This document shows positions 1-12,797 of a stretch of DNA of 61,559 nt, piece by piece. The notes beneath the pieces are model-generated. The model searched no databases and was not told the origin of the DNA. It was given only the letters and a program-made list of their open reading frames with translations. Where the stretch lies: the NCBI RefSeq assembly GCF_006345805.1, contig NW_021832401.1, positions 1 to 61,559 on the forward strand, in the 5' to 3' direction. The stretch is from Octopus sinensis. Its lineage: Eukaryota. Each line of letters begins with the position of its first letter. Within the stretch, counting starts at the first letter, position 1. Made by a program: the position numbers and the translations under genes.

Positions 1-225
1 GGTGATGTTGGTGATGTTTGTGGCTTTGGCAGCAATTGTAGTGGTGTTGGTGGTAGTGGTGGTTGTGGTGGTGGCAGTTGTGGTGATGGTAGTGAAAATG
101 GTGGTAGTGGTGGTGGTGGTGGTGGTGGTGGTGGTGGTTGTAGCAGCTTTGGCAGCAATAGTAGTGAAGCTGGTGATGATGATAGTGATGATGTTGATAG
201 CGGTGGTAGTGGTTATGTGCCCCCC
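1..225. repeat. (GGT)n-rich trinucleotide low-complexity tract
   Basis: Direct reading; similar GGT/AGT tracts at 830-970, 1410-1760 and 3800-3930. Confidence 0.9.
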
Positions 226-550
226 CCCAACCCGTGGTTGTAGTATTTTCTGCTTCTGTAGCAATGCTTGGTAGTGGTTGTGTAGGTAGGTAGGTAGGTA
301 GGTGGTGGCAGTGGTGGTGATAGTGGGACTTTCAGGGAGAGAGATTTTAGCAATCATCCCCCCACCCCCGCCCCTACATCACCCCACCCCCCACCCCACC
401 CTCTCTTGTAGTTGTGGAATTGTTTATTTTCATTCACATGTCAGGGCAGTGGGGGTGAGGCGTCTTTGTGTATCTGCGTGCGTGAGTGTGCACATGTGTG
501 TGTCTGTCCGGTATGTTTGTAATGTAGAGTGTGTATATGTGTGTGTGTGT

Positions 551-760
551 GGTGTAGTGCTTGTGTGTGGTGTGTGTGTGGTGTAGTGCTTGTGTGTGTG
601 TGTGTGGTGTAGTGCTTGTGTGTGTCTGTGTGTGTATGGTGTAGTGCTTGTGTGTGTGTGTGTGTGGTGTAGTGCTTGTGTGTGTGTGTGTGTGTGTGTG
701 GTGTAGTGCTTGTGTGTGTGTGTGTGGTGTAGTGCTTGTGTGTGTGTGTGTGTGTGTGCT
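551..760. repeat. Minisatellite, about 7 units of GGTGTAGTGCTT(GT)n
   Basis: The core gtagtgcttg recurs 7 times, separated by variable (TG)n. Confidence 0.85.
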
Positions 761-1429
761 GTTTGTGTAACATCTCCAAAGCTGACTTGATGTTTTGCAA
801 ATGTCATGGTCACATCCCAGTGTTGGTGGAGGGGGTGGTGGTGGTGGTGTGACCGCTGGGTGGCTATGGTGGTGGTGGTGGTGGAAATTGAAGGTGATGA
901 TAAACTTAGAAAAGGAAGCGGTGGGGGGGGGTTACTTAATTAATGGTGGTGGTGGTGGTGGTGGTGGTGATGTGTGTGGGGGGTTGTTGATATTGGTCCT
1001 GTTGGTATTGGTGGTGTTAGCTTTTTTTTTTGTGTCAGTAGAGCTTGCAGGGAATGATGTGTGTGTGTGTGTGTGTGTGTTTATTTTCATAAGAGGAGGG
1101 AGGAGTGAGTGCAGTTGTTAAAGTGTAAAGGCTGGTGTTGATGGTGAGGACGAGGAGGAGTAGTTGTAGTAGTAGAAGTAGTAGTAGTAGTAGAGTAGAA
1201 AGAGAGAAGACAGACAGACAGACATACAAGACAGTAGTGGTGGTGGCGGTGATGACGGGTGGGTGGGTGGGTGGAGGAAATGGACGGCGGTGGGGTGGGT
1301 AGGACTTCAGTGTTTTTATTTTATTGAAAATGTTACAAGGAGAAACTAAAACAATGCAAATATGTTACATATGTTATTTCAACACTGTCAGGCAGAATGG
1401 ACCAGGCTGCTGCTGCTGCTGGTAGCAAT

Positions 1430-1464
<35 letters not shown>

Positions 1465-1929
1465 TAGTAATGGTGGTGATTGTGGTAGTATAGTAGTAGT
1501 AGTAGTAATGGTGGTGTGGTGGTGGTAGTGGTAGTAGTAATGATGGTGGTGGTGGTGGTGGTGGTGGTAGTAGTAGTAGTAATAGTAGTAGTAGTAATGG
1601 TTGTGGTCGTGGTGACAGTGGTACTAAGTAGTAATGGTGGTGGTAGTAGTGATGGTGGTGTTGGTAGTAGTAGTAGTAGTAATGGTGGTGGTGGTAGTAG
1701 TAGTAGTAGTAATGGTGGTTAGTTGGTGGTGGTGTGGTTGTAATAGTGTGATAGTGCTAGTGGTTAGGTGGTAAGTCGGTGGTGGTAGCTGGTAGTTATA
1801 GGTGATAGTGCTGGTGGTTGTGTTTTTGCTGTTGTTGTTAAGCAGCAGGTACTGCTGCTAGCTGGGGTGGAGGGGGCTGGTGCTGTTGTTTATTTAGCCC
1901 TAGGTTAGCTCCCAAAGGCATACTCTTAA

Positions 1930-2150
1930 TCATCATCATCATCATCCAATGTTTTAAATCTGAGTTTTGTCCCTGTTAACAGGGGTGGCCTGATCCACGT
2001 CAGTGCCATAGCAACAGGCCTCACACCATCTTGCCATCTTGCCTGGTTTTGGGCGTCCTCCTTTTTCAAACAATCTCCTCCACCTTTTCCTCAGTCCAGC
2101 TCCAAGATAGCCAAAGCCTCAAAGCCTCTCTTCTTTTCTTTTTTTCCATT
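1930..2150 (-). mobile_element. RTE-type LINE 3' end, decayed
   Basis: Minus strand reads ...EDAQNQARWQDGVR..., then a short 3' UTR ending in (GAT)n. Confidence 0.5.
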
Positions 2151-2449
2151 CTATCTATCTGTTGGGGAGTCCTACCCCTTTCCTCAGGTTGTATCCCTTT
2201 CATCAGATTGTACCCCTTTCCTCAGGTTAGGTATGGGCTATGATTTTGAAGGCAATTCTTCTTCAGATGACACTGATCATCTTTTTTCTTTAAAAAACAT
2301 AAAATGGAAGGACACTTTGGGTTACTGCTGTTCCTAGATACATTATATAAAAAAAAAAAAAAAAAGGAAATTACATTTGACCGTCAGGGCAATGATGACC
2401 ATCTAATCATCCTTAAGGCTGCCTGATGACTTTCATGCTCAGTGTCTTC

Positions 2450-2657
2450 AGCCATATCCGGCCTGAAATATTCTACCAGTTTTGCATTCAAACTGATTAG
2501 ATCCAGCCTCTCACGCCTGTCCTACAATGCTATTCTATAAATAAACAGCTGTATCCTTGGTAACTCAAAGCCACGAGTAATGCATGTTTAATTCAAAACA
2601 ATGTGAATAAATTAACCATTGCACTTGACAATGTAATCTGAATGCGAAAGGGTTGAA
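2450..2657. mobile_element. MITE-like element, right terminus AATGCGAAAGGGTTGA
   Basis: The terminus resembles the CCCTT/TTAA ends of piggyBac-type MITEs; left terminus eroded. Family recognition is from memory only. Confidence 0.35.
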
Positions 2658-4730
2658 GTGAAGAAGAATTGTGCACAATCGACCTCACTACCTTGTCCTT
2701 GACCCATCTTCAGTCCAGTGGCAAGACCCAGTCAAGACAACTGAGAATGGAGAAAGATGCAGTGGACGATCAAGATGTTTTACTAGCGCCATCCTACTCT
2801 CTGCACTCCATAGTGTCTTGCTGCAGCCACTTCTCCTTCTGTTGAACTATGAAGGTTTCTTTCGCAGAGTCTACCAGATTCCAGTCTTCACAAAGCTGGG
2901 ACCCTGACAAGCGTTGCTATAGAACCTGGGAACAGTAGTTACTAAGATGTGGTTTCATGCCCTTCAAAATCCGAACCCCACTACCGGTTGCAGATAGAGC
3001 ATGCTTTGCTGATGAGGTTTAATAAGACCAAAACATGTCCAGAGTTGTCATAACACTGCTATAGTTCAGACATACTTTCCACTGACGTTCATATTTAATA
3101 ATGAATTTTAATTAAAATCATGGGATGGGAGGGAAGTTGTCTCTCCCCCATTCTTTCCCCCTTTTTTTTAGGATTTAATTGAAAATTATTAGCTTGCTAC
3201 ACGGAAGTATATGCAAGCACCAATTTTTTTCCCCTCTGTCTGTCTGTGTGTGTGTGTGTGTGTATGTGTGTGATCTGTATTACATCAGTGACTATTTTGG
3301 ATTGTAACTGTTTCTCTCTCCACACTATCTCCGTCACTCACTCACTCGTCACTCAACACAAACACTCTCTGATCCACCCCCACCCTCCATCTTTATCTCT
3401 CCTTCTTTATCCCACTACACTGAAATTTGTTACTTTACTCCACTCTTTTCTCCCCCCCCCTCCGCCGCCGCCGCCAGTTTCTCTTTTTCACTCCTCCTCT
3501 GTCTGTCTGTCTCTCTCTCTCTCTCTACCTCTTTCTCTCTTTATCTTTCCATGTCCTTGTTTCTCTCCACCACCACCACCACCCTCGGGCCTTCTGTCCC
3601 ACAGCCCACCTCTTCTATCTACACTGTCATATCACAAGTGCCATCTAAAAGACACAAGCCACCCATCCACCTCCCCCTCTCCAGCCATGCCACTCACCAC
3701 TTGTCAAGAGAGCAAGCTGTTGTTTTGTCTTCATTGTCAAACCAGCATCTTGCCAATGTAGTTGTTGTTGTCAACTGCAGCACTGCCAACTACGACGACG
3801 ATGATGTGGTGGTGGTGGTGGTGGTGGTGGTGGTGGTGGTGGTGGTGGTGGTGGTGGTGGTGGTAGTGGTAGTTTAGTAGTGTCGGTAATGGTAACAGTT
3901 GTTAGTAGTGGTGATGGTGGTGGTGGTATCATGAGGTTTTCATTTGGGGGAGGAAAGAGGGGATGGAGGAGATAATTAATAATGAGAATGGATCAGATAT
4001 GTGATTAAATTGCATAAGGTGTGTGTGTATGTGTGTGTGTGGTGTGTGTGTGTGTGGTTATGTTTGTGTGTGTATGTGCATAAATTTGTGCATGTACACG
4101 TGTGTGTGTGTGTATCTGCCACAAAGTTAATTAAATATTGGGTTATCTCTCTGTTTGTGTGAGTGTGTGTGTGTGTGTTTGCATGTCTCTTCACACTCAT
4201 GTGTCTCTGTGTGTGTATATGTTTACATGTTCTTGCATGTGTGTGTGTGTGTGTGTGTGTGTATTGCTGAGATATATATGCTTGTGTGCTGGTTAAATAA
4301 ATAGTTAAATAACATGTGCGTGTGTGTGTGAACTGTGAGATTTTGTTTCAAGGTATGTGTGTCACTTTATTATATGTGCGCATGTACGTGTGTGTGTGTG
4401 TGTGTGTGGTATACAACAGTTAAATAGTGTGTGTGTGTGTGTGGTATACAACAGTTAAATAGTGTGTGTATGTGTGTAGATGAACTGAGGTTTTGATTTG
4501 GCATGTTGGACTATTTAGTATGTGAATGTGTGTGTATGTATGTATACATGTGTGTGTACATATACAAGTGTGTGTGTATGTGTGTATGCACATACGCACA
4601 CATACCACGTGGGTGCTTTTATATAGCACTGCACAGGTGCTTTTACACCACCAGAGGGACTGTTCTTAACACTTCTGCTGTGGAGCACATGTCTCCTTGA
4701 GAACAACAAAGTGCCATATATATATATATA

Positions 4731-4945
4731 TTTTCATTTCATCTAGTTTCAGCTCACGAGCTGTGGCCATGCTGGGGCACCGCCATTCGGTGTTGCTACA
4801 TGATTTTACTTCACAAATGCTTTTTAGCCATTGACATTTGGTGCAGGAGAGAGTTTGATGCAGCTGCCCTCATCTGCACCTCCTGCTGTGAAGTTGGTTC
4901 ATCTGGGACACCTGACAGGAAGAGGTCTAGCTTTATTTTGAAGAC
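4731..4945 (-). mobile_element. CR1/Jockey-group LINE 3' end
   Basis: Minus frame VFKIKLDLFLSGVPDEPTSQQEVQMRAAASNSLLHQMSMAKKHL*, then a 3' UTR GGCGGTGCCCCAGCATGGCCACAGCTCGTGAGCTGAAAC and a (GAAAT)n tail. A tail-only copy lies at 15003-15070 (+). Confidence 0.65.
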
Positions 4946-5115
4946 ATATATATATATATATATATAGGAATATATATATTTTATATATATATATATTTTT
5001 TATATATACATATATATATCTGGCACTTTGTTGTACTTGAGTAAACATGTGCTCCACAGCAGAAGTGTTAAGAACAGTCCTTCTGGTGGTGTAAAGCACG
5101 TGTGCAGTGCTATAT

Positions 5116-5283
5116 AAAAGCACCCAGCAGACTCTGTAAAGTGGTTGGCATTAGGAAGGGCATCCAGCTGTAGAAAAGCCATGCCAAATCAGACTGGAGT
5201 CTGGTGCAGCTCCCCAGCTTGCCAGCTCTGATCAAACTGTCCGACCCATGCCAGCACGGACAACAGATGTTAATGATGATGAT
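5116..5283 (+). mobile_element. Non-autonomous retroelement family C (GTTAGGAAGGGCATCCAGCTGTAGAAA core, (GAT)n tail)
   Basis: Same core as the copies at 6944-7193(-), 11765-12153(-), 15180-15271(+), 15484-15625(-), 15650-15995(-), 24150-24337(+) and 26035-26200(-). Confidence 0.75.
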
Positions 5284-5509
5284 AATGACATATGTATGTG
5301 CATAGGTGCAGGTGTGGCTGTGTGGTAATATCTTTGCTTCCCAACCACATGGTTCCAGGTTCAGTGCCACTGTGTGTCTTCTATTATATTTTTGGGCCAA
5401 CCAAAAGCCTTTTGAATCAGGTTTTTGTAGAGGGGAAACTGGAAGTGAGAAGACCTTTGTTCACGTTAGCAGACTGACTGTTCTTCGGCTCTAAGATGTC
5501 TTCTTGCAG

Positions 5510-5659
5510 ACCCAAACACAAACATTGGAAGAGATTGACAAGAAGATAGAATTGGCTGAAGACAGCATGAGACTACAAGCTGACAGGCAGAGAATGGCAG
5601 GGGAGGGACGAGAGGCTAAGGGCACCTTAGCTGACTGTATTGGACCTAGCGTGAAGTAA
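5510..5659 (+). CDS. Candidate phase-0 terminal exon, coiled-coil-like, unassigned
   Basis: ctgac branch-like motif, then gtcttcttgcag|. Reads TQTQTLEEIDKKIELAEDSMRLQADRQRMAGEGREAKGTLADCIGPSVK*. Non-repetitive and purine-rich; no homolog recognised. Confidence 0.35.
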   Translation, partial: TQTQTLEEIDKKIELAEDSMRLQADRQRMAGEGREAKGTLADCIGPSVK

Positions 5660-6559
5660 TCTCTGTAGCTGAAGAAAACAGACACACACAGACAGATAGG
5701 CATTGATGGGGAAAGAGACGAACAGACAGACAAGTCTAACCAGACACAGATATTAAAGAAGCAGACAAACTTTGATAAGTAGAAAGGAAAGGAGGGAGAG
5801 GAGCCGGCTTGACTGGAGTAAAGTTGTATAAATGGTAATGATTTTGTTAAATTTCAAGTTGTCTTGGGTTAGAGAGGGAGGGGCAAGGCAGGGTTGGTGG
5901 GGTGTGGGTGGGGGCTCAAGCAAAGGTGGTAGGGAAGATGGTTATTTGGGAGGAAGAATATGTGTAACAGTGTTGGTGCAGCTGTCTGTCTGTCTGCCTG
6001 TCTCAAGGGTGGAGCAGGGAGTGGAAGAATAAGAAAGTGTGTGTGTGTGTGTTCATGTGTTGGAGCATAACAGACAAACAGACAGGGCTAAAATAAAAGA
6101 GCAGATAAGGATGACAAGGAGGGGACAAAAAGGCACAGAGTCACTGTTATTGATAAAGACTACAAAAAGCAAAGCATTGTTTTGTCCAACACTAGTAATT
6201 ATATGTGCCCCTGCACCCTTAATTGTTTCTTATTTAAGCAAAAAGGCCATAAATTTTGAGGTGAGGGGCAGGGAGGCTTAGTCAATTTTATCAACTCCAG
6301 TACTTCACGGATACTTCAAGTTACTGTAAGGCGAAGTTAACCTCAATCAGATTTGAACTTAGAACATAATTGTTCCTAACATGAGGCATATGGCCTGAAA
6401 TCTGAGAGGAAGGGATCAGTTGAGTAAATCCACTCCTTTACTTCATTAGTACTTTATTTTATTGACCCCTGAGAGGAATGAAAAGCTAAGATTACCTCAA
6501 ATGGGACTTGAACTCAGATTGTTAAGACTTACTTCGAATTAGAGGCTTCTACGTCTTGA

Positions 6560-6780
6560 GATGTATGAAGCAGTGATTGCGGTTCTTTGCTTCTCTCAAA
6601 GTATCCATTCCATGTTCTGTGTACCATCTTGCTTGTCCCTGCGCTGATCATTTGTTGCCAATTCATTTTTGGGAGTCCTCTCCATCTCTTTTGATCTGTT
6701 TTTCTACTGACAAGTCCTTCGCATGCGGGTCATATTACATGATCCAGCCCTACACTCTAGACAACTGGTAGAACATGTTG
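6560..6780 (-). mobile_element. RTE-type LINE C-terminal remnant
   Basis: Minus strand reads ...GLDHVI*...KRWRGLPKMNWQQMI..., a decayed WxGHV...GxRxRGRP...W motif. Confidence 0.4.
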
Positions 6781-6943
6781 GTGTGTGTGTGTGTGTGTGT
6801 TGCTGTTTAGCCCTAAGAAGATCTTTGGTCAAAGATATTTTGTCCATGATCATTCCATCTGTAAGCATATATATATATGTATATATATATATATATCCGT
6901 CTTTACATATATATACATGTATATATATCCAATATATATATAT

Positions 6944-7193
6944 CATCATCATCATCATCATCGTTTCACGTCCATTTTCCATGCTAGCATGGGTTGGCCG
7001 GTTCGACTGGGGCCTGGGAAACCAGAATGTTGCACCAGGCTCCAGTCTGATCAGGCTATGCTTCTACAGCTGGATGCCCTTCCTAATGCCAACCACTCCA
7101 TGAGTATAGTGGGTGCTTTCTGCATGGCACTTGCACAGGGGCCAGAGGAGGCTGGCAACGGCCACGATCAGTTGGTGCTTTTCCATGTGCCAT
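6944..7193 (-). mobile_element. Family C element
   Basis: (CAT)n-CGTTTCACGTCC tail plus conserved core. Confidence 0.8.
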
Positions 7194-8824
7194 TTTAGAT
7201 ATATATATATTTATATCCATACTATCTAATGTGTCTTTTTTTGCAAGAGAGCAGCATATATGTGTGTTTGTATGTGGTAACTTGGCTGCTATTTCTTGCT
7301 GTTCAAGCTACCCGGTGGAGGGGACAGATTGAGAAGGCAATTGCATATCCCTGGTGCAGTGGGTGCCAGTGGGTGCGCATGAATGTGTAATGTTAAACTG
7401 ATTGATGGAATAAATTATGATAGCAATGACAAGCACCCCCCTCCCACCGTGTCATCACTTAATTGTTAGGTTTGCTTAAAGATTACATGTGGGTGGGAGA
7501 GACGGGGGTGTGGTGAGAGGAGAGGAGGATAGAGGTGGAGGGGTGTGCCTGTTACTAAGCGGCAGTGCTTGCTGGTGGTGGTGGTGGTGGTGGAGATGGT
7601 GGTAAAGGAATTGGTGAACAGCGCTGTGTAGAGAGTGTGGTGAGGTGGGGTGGGGTGGGAAAGAATGACAAAGGTGAATTGGTTACTAAGAGAAGAACTG
7701 TGATGGTACATGGGTGTGTGTGTGTGTGTGTGTACAAGTGCCCAAGTGCTGCGTGTGTGTGTGTATGCGATGATGTGATGACGATGACGTGATGCTGATG
7801 TGTGAGGTGAAGGAGTTGGAGAGCCTAATTTCTTTCCGTGTAATTACCCTCTCTTCATAATTAAACATAATACAACGAACACACCCACCTCCAACCTGAT
7901 ATTGTGTGACATCTCAATGCAACTCCTTCCTCTCCCCCCACCCCCCACCTTTCATTAATATGTCTCGCTCTCTGTGCATCTTGCACGCATCTTCTTAGTC
8001 ACTGATACTGCCAGGGATGATGCTGGCACTGGCGGCAGGGGGTGGGGTGGGGTATGTTTTGTAGGGGTGGTGTCAGGGATAATGGTACCATGCGTTTTGG
8101 AATATAAGGTAGCAAAGTGCAGAGTAGGCGTTAAAAGTTGAATACAGAGCAATAAGGTAATGAAAAATTGTGTGTGTGTGTGTACGTATGTGTGTACATT
8201 AGTGTGTCAAAAATAGATTATGGAAAGGTGTTTAATTAAGATATCCTCATTATTTGTAGTAGAGTAAATATGCATGTGTATACAAACACACACACATACA
8301 TACATATATATATATAAATATATATATATACATATATATATATATATCTATATATATATATATATATATATTAATATTATATATTATATAATATATATAT
8401 ATATATATAATATTTATATATATAATATATACATATACACACATATATATATATACATATACATATACACACACATATATACATATACCACACACATATA
8501 TATATACATATACACACACATATATATATACATATACACACATATATATACACACATACACACACATATATATATACATAAATATATAAATAACCAGGAA
8601 ATGGAGAAAACCTCAGATTAACGAACACATCAACTGGACCACATTCATAGGCTGTTTTTTAATACAAAGCATGGCATAACAAATAGGTGACGTAACATAT
8701 CTTACAGCTGTTTCTGATCAGTTGCCAAAATGTTGTGTATAAATGAATGCGAGAATAAAGTTCTCCATCTTCATAAGGCATTCGAATTAAGGCATGGAGC
8801 TTCACCAGAGTAAAAAAACAAGCA

Positions 8825-8989
8825 GGCGCAGGAGTGGCTGTGTGGTAAGTAGCTTGCTAACCAACCACATGGTTCTGGGTTCAATCCCACTGCGTGGCAT
8901 CTTGGGCAAGTGTCTTCTGCTATAGCCCCGGGCCGACCAGTGCCTTGTGAGTGGATTTGGTAGACAGAAACTGAAAGAAGCCTGTCGTA

Positions 8990-9032
<43 letters not shown>

Positions 9033-9243
9033 CTGTGTTTGTCCCCCTAGCATTGCTTGACAACCGATGCTGGTGTGTTTATGTCCCCGTTACTTAGCGG
9101 TTCGGCAAAAAGAGACCGATAGAATAAGTACTAGGCTTACAAAAAGAATAAGTCCCGGGGTCGAGTTGCTCGATTAAAGGTGGTGCTCCAGCAAGGCCGC
9201 AGTCAAATGACTGAAACAAGTAAAAGAGTAAAAGAGTAAAGAG
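8825..9243 (+). mobile_element. tRNA-derived SINE family A, full length, CORE-like centre
   Basis: Head GGCGCAGGAGTGGCTGTGTGGTAAG...GGTTCAATCCC (A/B boxes), GGCATCTTGGGCAAGT CORE-like motif, internal (TA)n(TG)n, tail GAAACAAG(TAAAAGAG)n. More than 12 copies in the window. Confidence 0.9.
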
Positions 9244-9494
9244 TATACAATATAAACAAAGGGAAGAAGGAAGAGGAGAGAAAACATGGCCTGGACCAAA
9301 AGTCTAGAAGTCTAACATGTTAAAAGAATAAAATTTACCATCTGGGGCTACGAGGTAAGGCCAATAAAAGAGTGAGCTTAATTGAAAGTACCTGGAGCCT
9401 TTGAGTAACAATGTGTTACTGTACATGTGTATTGAATTCCTGTAAATTATTGCTTCTGGTGAATCAACAGAGATTTATACCTATCTATCTATCG

Positions 9495-9559
<65 letters not shown>

Positions 9560-9568
9560 CCTACCTAC

Positions 9569-9605
<37 letters not shown>

Positions 9606-10061
9606 ATCTATCTATCTCTATTATATGTGTGTGTAAATAGATAGATAAATAGGTAGGTAGGTAGGTAGGTAGGTAGGTAGATAGATAGATAGATAGATAC
9701 ATAGATAGATAGATATACAGACAGACAGATTATAGGGAATGGAAACTAGAATTTAGTGCAGCCCTACAGCTCAACAAATCCCACCAAACTGTCCAACCCA
9801 TGCCAGCATGAAAAACAGATGTTAAATGATGATAAATTCGTATATATATATGTATACACACACACATACACACTTATATATACACACACACACACACAAA
9901 ATACATGTAATATTGTCTCGGACCAACTTAACACCTTTGATTGATGTGCTGAGAAAATTGGATTGAAATACTTGGATACAAGGAACGGCACCTGGCTGTA
10001 GAATGCTGCTTAAAGAAATTATGAGCAGATGGAAGAAGCAGATGTGGAAAGGACAACAATG

Positions 10062-10126
<65 letters not shown>

Positions 10127-10354
10127 TGTGTGTGTGAAACATTCATAAAGATGCTATGAATATATATACCTCCACAATATACTTTTCAACCATGGTTTAT
10201 ATACATATATACACATATATAAACATACACATATACTTATACATCTATCTATCTAGCCATCTATATATATGTGTGTGTGTATGTATATACATACATATAT
10301 ATATATATATATATACAAATGTATGGACAGTCACACACACACACAGCAATATAT

Positions 10355-10388
<34 letters not shown>

Positions 10389-10468
10389 CCACATACATAT
10401 AGATACATATATACTGTACATAGATACATAGAGGAACGCTCATATATATATATTAATATATATATATA

Positions 10469-10525
<57 letters not shown>

Positions 10526-10984
10526 TAATATATATATATAAATTATATATATAAATATATGATTTATTTATCTGTTTCTTAGTTTCCTTACTTGTGGTTT
10601 TGATAAACAGAATTCTGTTATTAGAGACCCGACAACAGTAAGGAGTAGAGGTAGCTAGATCAGAAAGTCTGCGAGTAACTAACTCATTCTTTTGAGATTT
10701 GAAACTCTCCACTGGATGCTTACATGTTTGGCATCGAGCCCTGCTATGCCACCTCCAAGTCCCCTCACCTTTCATCCCCCCACTCCATGTTCTTTCTTTC
10801 TGTTTCAACAATGTTTTTGGATTTTTTTTATTAATATTTTTATCATTCCTGTTTGCTTGTGTTCTGTTTATTTTCCTCATTTTGTAAATAAAACCTTGGT
10901 TACTCGGCTAGGCACTGAGTCTTTGAATCTTGTCTCTCATTTCTCCATAGCTATTTTTCTCTAATTATCTTAATTATATATATA

Positions 10985-11079
<95 letters not shown>

Positions 11080-11261
11080 CGTATTTATATATATATATAT
11101 ATACAATACCCACACTCTCACATACACATACACACACGCACAGGCTTATGCAAACACACACATACATCTTATGTATTTCTTTCATTGGCTTTCTTCTCTC
11201 CATTCCCTTCCAGTAAGGTCTTTGAAGTTTCCGGTTGGTTAGGTTTCTGGTTGCAAACAGG

Positions 11262-11306
<45 letters not shown>

Positions 11307-11764
11307 AAGAGAGAGAGAGTATGACTGCAAGGATCAGACTCATGTGTGTGTGTGTATAGGGACTTTTGCAGACACAAGAGTAATATGTTGTTGTGTATGT
11401 GCATGCGTACAGAGAGAGAGAGAGAGATATATGCGTGTGTGTGTGTGTGTATGTATGTATTTCTATCTGTATGTATGTATGTATTGTATGGAGTATTTTG
11501 ATATTTAATGCCAAAAGTAGTCGTGGGTAGGAGTGATGGGGAAGAGCGATACAGACACAGACAAGGATGGAAATAGGAATGAAGGAAGGGATCCTTTAAC
11601 TCACTCAGACATCACTCCTCCTGTTTGCATATAATGAGACCCTGAAATTAATCTAAAACAGGGGTGGGGAAACTCTTTTAATACGATGGGCAAAAATTTC
11701 CAAAGATAAAGGTCCGCGGGTGGGTCATATGTTCTAACTCTTATATCTGTGTAAATCTTGTATA

Positions 11765-12153
11765 TCATCATCATCATCATCATCATCATCGTTTAACGTC
11801 CGTTCTCCATGCTAGCATGGGTTGGACGGTTCAACCGGGGATCTGGGAAGGCAGAAGGCTGCACCAGGCTCCGGTCTTATCTGGCAATGTTTCTACAGCT
11901 GGATGCTCTTCCTAACGCCAACCACTCCATGAGTGTAGTGGCTGCTTTTTACGTGCCACCTGCACTGGTGCCAGGCGAGGCTGGCATCGGCCACGGTCGG
12001 ATTGGTGCATTTTACGTGCCCCCTGCACGGAAGCCAGTCGAGGCGGCACTGGCTTCGGCCACGATTCGGATGGTGCTTTTTACGTGCCACCGACACGGAA
12101 GCCAGTCGAGGCGGTGCTGGCATCGGCCACGATTCGGATAGTGCTTTTTACGT
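11765..12153 (-). mobile_element. Family C element with about 3 internal 64-68-bp tandem units
   Basis: Units start at about 11940, 12004, 12072 and 12140 (GGTGCTTTTTACGTGCCACC...GGCCACGATTCGGAT). Confidence 0.85.
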
Positions 12154-12382
12154 ATCTATCTATATATCTATGCATAATTCGATAGACATTAATATAAATA
12201 AGTTTAACACATTAAATTAATGAGTAACATCTTCATAAATACTGCCACTGAATTTGGGACGTTTATATTACTTATGGGGTATTCTATATTTTTCAGCTAG
12301 AGTGTAGTTGGGTCTCGAGAGGGTGGTACAAACCTAGCAATAATATACAGACATCTGTCAATATATATATATATATATACTT

Positions 12383-12797
12383 GGACGCAGGAATGGCTGT
12401 GCGGTAAAAGGTTTGCTTCCCAACCACATGGTTCTGGGTTCAGTCCCACTGCATGGCACCTCGGGCAAGTGTCTTCTACTACAGCCTTGGGCCAACCAAA
12501 GCCTTGTGAGTTGATCTGGTGGAAAGAAACTGAAAGAAGCTCGTTGTAGATATGTGTGTATGTGTGTGTGTGTGTATATATATGTATGTATTTGTGTGTC
12601 TGTATTTGCCCCCCCCCCAACATCGCTTGACAACCAATGCTGGTGTGTTTACGTCCCTATCACTTAGCAGTTCGGCAAAAGAGACTGCTAGAATAAGTAC
12701 TAGGCTTACAAAAATGCAAGTCCTGGGGTTGATTTGTTCGACTAAAGGCAGTGCTCCAGCATGGCCGCAGTCAAATGCCCGAAGCAAGTAAAATAAA
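12383..12797 (+). mobile_element. SINE family A
   Basis: Full head-to-tail match to 8825-9243. Confidence 0.9.

Noticed and set aside
11940-12153. CRISPR-like repeat/spacer appearance
   Set aside because: Units are contiguous tandem repeats without unique spacers, inside a eukaryotic retroelement; no cas genes.
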